Shown: piece by piece, positions 9,673-19,636 of the stretch
How the letters are laid out: the number at the start of each line of letters is the position of its first letter
How positions within the stretch are numbered: position 1 is the stretch's first letter
Source: Nannocystales bacterium
GTDB lineage: Bacteria; Myxococcota_A; Polyangia; Nannocystales; Nannocystaceae
Assembly: GCA_050633305.1 (NCBI GenBank)
Contig: JBOEGF010000006.1
Coordinates: 1 to 64,000 of the forward strand
Direction of reading: 5' to 3'
Length of the DNA: 64,000 nt
Notes under the pieces: generated by a model
Told to the model about the DNA's origin: nothing
What the model saw: the letters and a program-made list of their open reading frames with translations, nothing else
The model's database searches: none
Position numbers and translations under genes: made by a program

Positions 9673-11043
9673 TCACGTATTTTGCTTGTGATCGCCACCC
9701 TGGCCACGACCCCGAACCACAACGCGGAGCGGAACCCCACGCAGGCTCCACTTCTTCCGGAACCATCGCAGCAGGAATTTTTCGTAGGCCGGCGCGAGCG
9801 ACCGACCGTGGTTGGCCGAGATCACGAACAGCGGAGGAGACCGGTCGGCCTGTGTGATGAAGAGCAGCTTGACCGGTCGACCCCGTGACAGTGGCGGCGG
9901 GTTGTGGGTCGTGGCAGCCTTGAGTTCGCCGTTGAGGTCCGAGGTGGTCACCCGCTTGCGAAGCGAACCCGCCGTGCGCTTGGCGGCTTCGAGCAGCGCC
10001 TCCAAGCCCAACACGCGCCCCTCCCCCGTGTCCCGACCATCCCCGAGGACCGACGTCTTGACGATGTACGGGTTCTCCAGGAAGTGCAGCTCGCGCTTGG
10101 CGTGCTCGAGGACCTCTTTGGTGCGCTTCTTGTCGGAGGCGATGAGGTCCCATTTGTGCAGCAGCACGACCACGCCTTTGCCCCGCGTAAACGACATCCG
10201 GGCGATGCGCTGGTCCTGATCGGTCACGCCTTGCTCGGCATCCACGGTCAGCACGACCACTTCGGTGCGCTCCATCGCGCGGATCGACTTGATCGCCGCG
10301 AGCTTCTCCTGGGCACGTGCGACGGCACGGCGCCGACGCAGCCCGGCCGTATCGATGACCACCCAGTCGTCGTTGCCGTGTTTCATCGGCAGGTAGATCG
10401 CGTCGCGGGTCGTCCCCGGCGTGTCCGACACGATGACCCGCGGAGACCCCAGCAGACTGTTGACCAGCGTCGACTTCCCCGCGTTGGGCCGCCCCAAGAA
10501 CGCGATGCGAATCCCCGGAGGAATCAGCTCGACGTCTTCAGCCGTGCTCCCGACCTTGGCAAGGATGGCGTCGCACAGCTCGGCAACGCCGCGTCCGTGC
10601 GCGGACGAAACTGCGAAGACCTCGCCCACGCCCAGCGCGTACGACTCCGCGACGTCATCATCGCGTTTGGGGGAGTCGGCCTTGTTCGCCACCACCAGCA
10701 CGGGCGTCCCGCCGCGGCGAAGCTGGTCGGCGATGTCCTGATCGGTGGAGGTCGTGCCCGCCTTCGCGTCGACGACGAAGAGGATCAAGTCGGCCTCTTC
10801 CATCGCAACGTCGGCCTGCGCGGAGATGTGCGCAGGCATCCCGGTGTCGAGACTGGGGTCGATGCCCCCGGTGTCGACGACCATGAAGCTGCGCCCCTCC
10901 CACTGCGCAACGCCGTACATGCGGTCCCGCGTCACGCCAGGGTTGTCCTCGACGATCGCTTGTCGCGACCCGATGAGGCGGTTGAATAGAGTGGACTTGC
11001 CCACGTTGGGGCGGCCCACGATCGCGACCAAAACTTCGCTCAT
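9673..11043 (-). CDS. der: Ribosome biogenesis GTPase Der
   Basis: Two G domains (GRPNVGKSTL, GRPNAGKSTL; DTGG, DTAG) plus KH-like C-terminus; start MSEVLVAIVG overlaps the era stop. Confidence 0.95.
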   Translation of the reverse strand: MSEVLVAIVGRPNVGKSTLFNRLIGSRQAIVEDNPGVTRDRMYGVAQWEGRSFMVVDTGGIDPSLDTGMPAHISAQADVAMEEADLILFVVDAKAGTTSTDQDIADQLRRGGTPVLVVANKADSPKRDDDVAESYALGVGEVFAVSSAHGRGVAELCDAILAKVGSTAEDVELIPPGIRIAFLGRPNAGKSTLVNSLLGSPRVIVSDTPGTTRDAIYLPMKHGNDDWVVIDTAGLRRRRAVARAQEKLAAIKSIRAMERTEVVVLTVDAEQGVTDQDQRIARMSFTRGKGVVVLLHKWDLIASDKKRTKEVLEHAKRELHFLENPYIVKTSVLGDGRDTGEGRVLGLEALLEAAKRTAGSLRKRVTTSDLNGELKAATTHNPPPLSRGRPVKLLFITQADRSPPLFVISANHGRSLAPAYEKFLLRWFRKKWSLRGVPLRVVVRGRGQGGDHKQNT

Positions 11044-12020
11044 TTGTCGTTCTCCTCGTGGTAGCCGAGCTTTTCGAGCTTGCCCGGGTCCCGGGTCCAG
11101 TTCTTGGCCACGTCGATTTCGAGCCGGAGTTCGCACGGCCTCGCTGTGAGGTTGGCGATGCGCACCTGGCTGCCCTCGCGCAGCTTCTTGATCATGCTCC
11201 CGCCCTTGCCGATCACCAGCCCCTTCTGGGACGGGCGCTCGACATAGATCTTCGCGGAGATCCGATCGGATTCCTTGCCCTCTTTGTAGGACGTCACCAC
11301 CACCGCGCAGCTGTAGGGAACTTCGTCGAGCAGGTGCTCGAACAACACCCCACGGATCAGCTCCGCCGCGTGCCAGCGCATCGGCCGATCCGAGAGAGAC
11401 TCATCGTCGTAGTACCGCGGTCCTTCGGGCAACCGGTCCGAGACCTGCGCACGAAGCTGCTCGAGCCCCTCGCCCGTCTCGGCGGACGTCGGCACGATGG
11501 AGTCGAACGAATGCAGCGCACTCATCGTCTCCAAAACCGGAAGCATCAGGTCCCGGTTGGAGATCCGATCGATCTTCGTCATGACCAGGGCGATGGGCCG
11601 GCCGAGCTTCGCCAACATGGCCAACGCTTCGAGGGCGACCTCGCCGGGCTCCCAGGCTTGTGCGTCCTCGGCACTTCGAAGCATCGGCGTCTCGACCAAC
11701 AGCAACACCAGGTCGACATCCCGTGCCCCCGCAAGAGCCTGGCCGACCATGTACTGGTTGAGGGCCGAGCGCGCCCGGTGGATCCCAGGCGTGTCGACCA
11801 GGACGGCCTGAAACTTCTCTTCGGTCCAGACGCCGAGAAGCTTTTCACGGGTGGTCTGAGGATGCGGGGTCGCGACCGCGATCGCCTCGCCCAGCAACGC
11901 ATTGAGCAAGGTCGACTTCCCGACGTTGGGGCGACCGCAGATCGCAACGAATCCGCTGCGGTGCCCGGCGGGCAGCGGCTTGGGTCCGGCGTCGGTTGGC
12001 TCGTGGGGGGCGTCGGTCAT
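11040..12020 (-). CDS. era: GTPase Era
   Basis: RSGFVAICGRPNVGKSTLLN, PQTTR, DTPG and KH domain (SQKGLVIGKGG); start trimmed to MTDAPHEP. Confidence 0.95.
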   Translation of the reverse strand: MTDAPHEPTDAGPKPLPAGHRSGFVAICGRPNVGKSTLLNALLGEAIAVATPHPQTTREKLLGVWTEEKFQAVLVDTPGIHRARSALNQYMVGQALAGARDVDLVLLLVETPMLRSAEDAQAWEPGEVALEALAMLAKLGRPIALVMTKIDRISNRDLMLPVLETMSALHSFDSIVPTSAETGEGLEQLRAQVSDRLPEGPRYYDDESLSDRPMRWHAAELIRGVLFEHLLDEVPYSCAVVVTSYKEGKESDRISAKIYVERPSQKGLVIGKGGSMIKKLREGSQVRIANLTARPCELRLEIDVAKNWTRDPGKLEKLGYHEENDK

Positions 12021-12096
12021 GAGGCGAAGGGCGCAGTCTATGGCCGACTTTGCCGGTTTCGTGCAATGCCGAATGCCCCTTGATAGGTGTGCAGTC

Positions 12097-12363
12097 ATGC
12101 GCGCACGTCTCAGTGGAGCGATGGCTTGGCTCGGCGCCACCCTTGGCGTACTCGCCGCGGCGGCCGCCCTGGCCTCTCTGTGGCCCGATGGCGGCATCCC
12201 AGCGTGGCCCGCCGGAAGCCTCGGATTGGCCGCTGCGGCCGCACTGACGTTCAAAGGCGATGTACGACCACGGGCCCTCGGGACGCTATGCGCATGCTCC
12301 GCAATGCTCGCCTGCGGGCTGGAGCTGTCGGGGTTGTGGGCGATCAGCGAGGTGCTGTCATGA
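12097..12363 (+). CDS. Possible small membrane protein
   Basis: Three hydrophobic stretches; fills the gap between era and the PilZ gene. Confidence 0.35.
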   Translation: MRARLSGAMAWLGATLGVLAAAAALASLWPDGGIPAWPAGSLGLAAAAALTFKGDVRPRALGTLCACSAMLACGLELSGLWAISEVLS

Positions 12364-12429
12364 ATGTGTTCAGCTGTCCTACATGTAGGATTTTTGAATT
12401 CACTTGCATACCCACGGCAGACTCTCGCC

Positions 12430-12804
12430 ATGAGCGTGAGCGTGGAACGTCGTCGGTCGAGTCGCATCGACAAGGTCTTCCGAGTCCTGATCTCGACCGA
12501 GGAGTACGGGGACCAGTGGTTCGTGGCCCGCAACATCTCGTCGACCGGGATGTTCGTCGAGATGCCCGAGCCGCTGCCACTGCGCTCGAAAGTCATCGTC
12601 CGGTTTGCCCTGGCAGGCACGGTACCCGACGGCATTCATTCGGACTCCGACGCGGCGATCACCGCGATGGCCAAGGTTCAGAATCACTACTACCTGCAGT
12701 TCTCCGACAAGGATGGACTCCGGGCGCTGTGCGGTGTGGGGCTGCGGTTCACGCGGTTCCTCCCCGAAGAACACATGGTTCCGCCTGCCCACGCGTTGCA
12801 CTGA
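12430..12804 (+). CDS. Single-domain PilZ protein
   Basis: ERRRSSR and NISSTG motifs; GVGLRF near the end. Confidence 0.75.
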   Translation: MSVSVERRRSSRIDKVFRVLISTEEYGDQWFVARNISSTGMFVEMPEPLPLRSKVIVRFALAGTVPDGIHSDSDAAITAMAKVQNHYYLQFSDKDGLRALCGVGLRFTRFLPEEHMVPPAHALH

Positions 12805-12826
12805 CGCGCGCGGCCGGAGGTGCCCG

Positions 12827-14605
12827 ATGACCGCGTCCATGCGCACCGTCTTCAGCGTCGGCCTCCTTCTTTTCGCCGCGGGGTGTCCTCAAGAGACACC
12901 CGAGGTCGAAGTCAATACGTACATTGGGAAGTCCTTCGAACGCTCGGATCCCGAGTTGGCCCGCAAGGCGGCCGAGAAGGTCCTCGCGGCACTGGCCGAC
13001 GAGTTCGCGGCCTCAACCCCGAAGGCGCCCGTCGTTGTCGACACCGTCACGACACACCCGCCGACCACACCGGACGAGTTCGACGAACTCGTCACAGCGG
13101 TCCGCAGGGGCCCTTTGGATGAGCTCGCCGGACCTGCACGACGACTTGCAGCTTCGGATCCCTCCCTGTGGCCACAGATCCGAGAACGCCTTCTCGCCGA
13201 ACGAAAGGCACCCAAGGGCGACTACCGGTCGCTGCTCGGAGCCATCGGCGGCGACGTGCCCAACAAGTACGGCTACTTCGCACGGGCATGGAAACGAGCG
13301 CACGGGCACGACGTCAAGCTCAGCAGTGACTGGTTCGAGGACCTGCTCACGCTCCCCCGGGGCAAAGTGTCGCCAGGGCTGCTCTCGGTCTATCGAGACT
13401 GCGTGTTGGAGACGTCGCTGCTGCGCGCCACATCCAAGGTCGGCAGTTCCCAGCCCGAGCAAACCGCGGATGTCGTCGAGGCGCTCCTCGATGCGGCGTA
13501 CCTGCACCGCGGCACGTTCCGCGACGAGGTCGGCCGAGCGATGCTCGCGGTCGGGGATGAGGCGATCCCCGCGCTGGTCGAAGCTTCGTTGAGCCCCTCG
13601 AAGCGAAAGCGCGACCAAGACAAACCCGAGGTGAAACGAGCGAAGTACGCCGAGCTGATCCTCGACAAGATGGACCGCCTGCACCCCGCGCGGGCGACCG
13701 AAGCGGTGCAAACCTCTCCTCGCCTTCTGGCGAAGGTCCTGCAGTCGTACGCGATCCGCCGACCTGGCGAAGGCGCCGCGGTCCTCCTCGCCTACAGCGA
13801 CGACCGCTCGGCCCCGGTTCGGACGGCCGCCCGCGCGTCCTTCGACGCGTACGTGACCGGTCCTGCGCCGAAGTCCGCCGGCCGGACAGTCCGTCTCCTC
13901 GGCGGCGGCACCGGAAAGGCGCTGGCGTATCTCAACTACCGAGACCGCGCTCGGCTTGCCCTGGCTGAGCGTCTGGGCGAGCAAGCACCGGAGCTGCTCG
14001 AGCCCGAGTGCGAGGTGGTGTCCGAAACCGGCAAGGTCGACACGCGATGCGAGCAGCAGCCGGCTCGCCACGCCAAGGCCTACATGGAATGGCTCGACGC
14101 GCGTCGCTCCAAGGCGCAACGCGCGGCCGTCGACGCCGCGCTCGCCAACGCCGACCTGGATGGCGGCGCGGACGCTCTCGACCGGCTCATCGCCCAGGGC
14201 GAACTCGCAGAGCCCGTCCGAGTCGCGACGTTCTTCGCCGATTATGCAGCCGACCTGCAAGCGGGGAGCCCCGAACGTGCCGCCGCTTTGTATCGCAAGG
14301 CGTCGATGCTGCTACGGGATCAGGACGAGGGTCGTTCCTCCGCGCTCCATGCCGAAGCGCTGGCTGTGGAAGCCTCGCTTGAGGACCTTCCGAGAACTGG
14401 GCGGCTCATGCTCATCGACCGCGCGCTCGAGGTTCGCGACGACGCGGACCTTCGAGCCAGCCGCGCCGCGCTCGCCTCTGCCCCTGCTTTCGAAGCCGCG
14501 TCCGTCCGCCGGGTTCGACTGTGGGCTGGCGCGGGCCTTGTCACCGCAGTGTTGCTCGCGTGCGGACTGCTCGGCGGACCCCTACGGCGCCGACTGAAGC
14601 TCTAG
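12827..14605 (+). CDS. Helical-repeat (HEAT/TPR-like) lipoprotein with C-terminal transmembrane segment
   Basis: Lipobox FAAGC; GDEAIPALV-type HEAT motifs; C-terminal hydrophobic helix with basic tail. Confidence 0.6.
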   Translation: MTASMRTVFSVGLLLFAAGCPQETPEVEVNTYIGKSFERSDPELARKAAEKVLAALADEFAASTPKAPVVVDTVTTHPPTTPDEFDELVTAVRRGPLDELAGPARRLAASDPSLWPQIRERLLAERKAPKGDYRSLLGAIGGDVPNKYGYFARAWKRAHGHDVKLSSDWFEDLLTLPRGKVSPGLLSVYRDCVLETSLLRATSKVGSSQPEQTADVVEALLDAAYLHRGTFRDEVGRAMLAVGDEAIPALVEASLSPSKRKRDQDKPEVKRAKYAELILDKMDRLHPARATEAVQTSPRLLAKVLQSYAIRRPGEGAAVLLAYSDDRSAPVRTAARASFDAYVTGPAPKSAGRTVRLLGGGTGKALAYLNYRDRARLALAERLGEQAPELLEPECEVVSETGKVDTRCEQQPARHAKAYMEWLDARRSKAQRAAVDAALANADLDGGADALDRLIAQGELAEPVRVATFFADYAADLQAGSPERAAALYRKASMLLRDQDEGRSSALHAEALAVEASLEDLPRTGRLMLIDRALEVRDDADLRASRAALASAPAFEAASVRRVRLWAGAGLVTAVLLACGLLGGPLRRRLKL

Positions 14606-14652
14606 GTTTCGCCGACGACCCGCAGGATGCTGTGCCTCGCCGTTCCGCCTCG

Positions 14653-15315
14653 TTACGATGGCGGGGCCGGTAGACCCTTGAGCGGATCACGGGGGGGTTT
14701 GCCCGCACGGATCTTCTTTTTCTTCGGCGCCGCCTTCTTCTTTTTCGTCGCCTTCTTGGCCGGCGTCGGATCCGGCTTCACGGCGGGCTTGGGCTCCGCG
14801 CTCGCGTCAGGCTCGGCCTTCGCGTCGGGTGCGGCCTTCGGCTCGGCTGCGGCCTTCGGCTCGGCAGCGGGTGCAGCCTTCGGGTCGGGCGCCGCCGTGC
14901 CATCCGCGGGCGAGGCAGCAGCGGTACCGGGCGCTCCATCGTTCCCCGCGTCTGGATCGACCACCGAAACCGGATCCGACTCGGCAGGAGCTGCATCCGC
15001 GGGCTTCGGGTCCGGCTCCGCCGTGGCCTCGGACTCGGCAGCTTCCGCCGACCCGCCTCCAAGCATCGCCCACGCGCCCCCGCCTCCGACGAGCAGAATG
15101 ACGGCGACCAGTGCAATCCACTTGCCTCCGCCGCCACCCAAGTTGGACTCGTGCCCCGTGGGGGCGTGGGAGAGGTCAAGGTCCCCCGCGACGAACGAGG
15201 CGCTGCCCTCGCTCGCGTCAAACAAAGGGCCATCAGCAGCGGAACCCGCAGCCTCACCGGAGAACTCGAACGCAGCGTCACTGCTGCCTTGTGGCGCTTT
15301 TTCGTTGGATCCCAT
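14653..15315 (-). CDS. Single-pass membrane protein with Pro/Ala/Lys-rich low-complexity tail
   Basis: Transmembrane segment WIALVAVILLVGGGGAWAM; AEPKAA repeats. Confidence 0.6.
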   Translation of the reverse strand: MGSNEKAPQGSSDAAFEFSGEAAGSAADGPLFDASEGSASFVAGDLDLSHAPTGHESNLGGGGGKWIALVAVILLVGGGGAWAMLGGGSAEAAESEATAEPDPKPADAAPAESDPVSVVDPDAGNDGAPGTAAASPADGTAAPDPKAAPAAEPKAAAEPKAAPDAKAEPDASAEPKPAVKPDPTPAKKATKKKKAAPKKKKIRAGKPPRDPLKGLPAPPS

Positions 15316-15504
15316 GCCGCGGTCTCGACTCTTCACGGAGCATGCGGCCCCGGACGGTCCGTTGCAATCGCCGGCGGCGGCGATTCGCGCAGGCCCCGCG
15401 ACCGCCGATCCCCGCAGCCGAGATCGGTCAACGCGGTCCATCAGGGTGAATCCCCCCTCCGCGGCCAGCAAAGCACGGTCGGCGCCCTGTTAGTGTCCCG
15501 CGCG

Positions 15505-16113
15505 ATGAGCAGAGGCACCTTTGTGGCACTGGAGGGACTCGATGGCAGCGGCACCTCGACCCAGGCCGGCGCACTCCGAGACGCATTGCAGGCGCGGGGA
15601 CACACGGTCCTGACAACGCACCAGCCTTCCACACGGTCCCTGGGCACGCTCGCCCGCACGCTGCTGGGGCGCACCGAATCTCCCTCGGACCCACATCTGC
15701 ACGCCCTCGTGTTCGCCGCAGACCGACTCGACCACGTCGCGGCCGAGATCGAACCTGCACTGGCGCGCGGCGAGATCGTGGTGTGCGACCGCTACGTCAT
15801 GAGCTCGTGGGTCTACCAAGCACTGAGCTGTGACCCCGCGTGGGTCGAGTCGATCAACGCGCGCGCGCCGTGGCCAGATGCCACCTTCGTCCTCACCGTC
15901 GGCGCAGGAGAGGCCTCGCGTCGCGTGCATGCGCGGACCCCCGAACACGAGCGGGAGATCTTCGAGACCGAGGCGATTCAGCGGAAAGTCGAAGCTGGCT
16001 ACGACACGGCGTTGTCCCGCGGATTGCCGGGCGTGCAGGCGATCGACGGGACGCGACCGATCGACGAGGTCACAGCGGCGCTCGTTCAGGCTTGCATCGG
16101 CCTGGGCTTGTAG
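15505..16113 (+). CDS. tmk: Thymidylate kinase
   Basis: FVALEGLDGSGTSTQ P-loop (Thr in place of the usual Lys), FAADR, VVCDRY, SWVYQ. Confidence 0.9.
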   Translation: MSRGTFVALEGLDGSGTSTQAGALRDALQARGHTVLTTHQPSTRSLGTLARTLLGRTESPSDPHLHALVFAADRLDHVAAEIEPALARGEIVVCDRYVMSSWVYQALSCDPAWVESINARAPWPDATFVLTVGAGEASRRVHARTPEHEREIFETEAIQRKVEAGYDTALSRGLPGVQAIDGTRPIDEVTAALVQACIGLGL

Positions 16114-16116
16114 CGT

Positions 16117-16650
16117 TCACCCGTCGGCGAGCACGTATGTGGCTGTGCGCCGCTTCTCGTCGCGGATGCTCTTGACCACGAGCTTCGTCGCAGACGGGAG
16201 TGCGTCGACCATGTTGCTCAGCGCCTGTGGTGTCTCGAGCCGATCCCCGTTGACCGACAAGATGATGTCCCCCAACTGGAGGTCACACCCGTCTGAACAC
16301 AGGTCGGGCTCGTCGGGAAAGACCTTGGTGATCTCCCAACCCACGAACTTCCCCGAGAGCCGGTAGGGCTCGGGACCGAGTTCATACAGGAGGTACCCGG
16401 GCCCTCGGGCCAACGCCCGATCGATCTCGGAGCGAAAAATGGTGTTGAGCGGACGCTCCGATGCGACCGCAGGGGCGAGCGTCCTCCCCGGGTCTGGAGC
16501 CTCGGCCTCCTGTGACCGCTCCGGTGCGGGGGTGGGAGTCTCGCTGACCGGGGGGCTGCTTGGGGCGGGGCTGCCCGCGCATCCGGTCGCGGCGAGAGAC
16601 CCGGCGAACAAGGCAAGACAGCGCGCTGCGAGACCGCGGGAAGACAACAC
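16117..16650 (-). CDS. PDZ-domain lipoprotein (GspC-type PDZ-like)
   Basis: Lipobox LAATGC; GKFVGWEI...LQLGDIILSVNG. Start estimated. Confidence 0.65.
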   Translation of the reverse strand: MLSSRGLAARCLALFAGSLAATGCAGSPAPSSPPVSETPTPAPERSQEAEAPDPGRTLAPAVASERPLNTIFRSEIDRALARGPGYLLYELGPEPYRLSGKFVGWEITKVFPDEPDLCSDGCDLQLGDIILSVNGDRLETPQALSNMVDALPSATKLVVKSIRDEKRRTATYVLADG

Positions 16651-16735
16651 GGCCGCAGTTTGGGGCAGCCGTGTGAGCGAACCAAAATAGTCGCCTCCGC
16701 GGGGACTCCACGGAGGCGATGAAGGCGGCGCAGGC

Positions 16736-19168
<2,433 letters not shown>

Positions 19169-19328
19169 CGAGTTTGCTCCGCCCAACTCCGGCCGCGCCG
19201 ACAAGTTGAGCAACTACAGCGTACGGCGGCGCCAGGCGGTCGATCAAGAAGACGCGGTGTTCAGGGCGGTGTCACGGGGCCAGGCGCTGGTCGGACATTC
19301 AGCCAAGGGGCGTCCCCCAGACATGACA

Positions 19329-19360
19329 ATGCGGGTGACAAGAGAACTCGTCACCCGCAT
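19329..19360. terminator. Perfect 11-bp inverted repeat, possible terminator or processing hairpin
   Basis: atgcgggtgac-N10-gtcacccgcat, downstream of the small basic ORF. Confidence 0.45.
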
Positions 19361-19433
19361 GGGTATCGGCGCCGATTCGCAAACCCGAGGAGATCGAGTG
19401 CGGCGCGAAGCAGCCTCGCGGGGAAGCCCCGAC

Positions 19434-19598
19434 CTAGGCTTGCGCTTTGGGAGCCGGCTCGCCCGGCTCACCGCAGCCCGCGAACAGCGCGTCGTAGGAG
19501 AGCGTGCTGTTCTGAGCCATCTTGGCCTTCCGAGCACGGCCGGCCTTCCGCTGGCGGTTGGCGCGTTTGCGTTTGGAGACTTGCGTGAAGGATGCCAT
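19434..19598 (-). CDS. 54-aa Arg/Lys-rich small protein
   Basis: MASFTQVSKRKRANRQRKAGRARKAKMAQNSTLSYDALFAGCGEPGEPAPKAQA; mostly G/C-ending codons; 38 bp after rel; followed by a hairpin. Confidence 0.6.
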   Translation of the reverse strand: MASFTQVSKRKRANRQRKAGRARKAKMAQNSTLSYDALFAGCGEPGEPAPKAQA

Positions 19599-19636
19599 GG
19601 CGGAGCGCTGGCTTGTAGCTGTGCGTTCAGCCCATG

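Noticed and set aside
12021..12635. Roughly 200-aa N-terminal extension of Era in the ORF track
   Set aside because: Overlaps the plus-strand PilZ gene; Era similarity begins near 12020.
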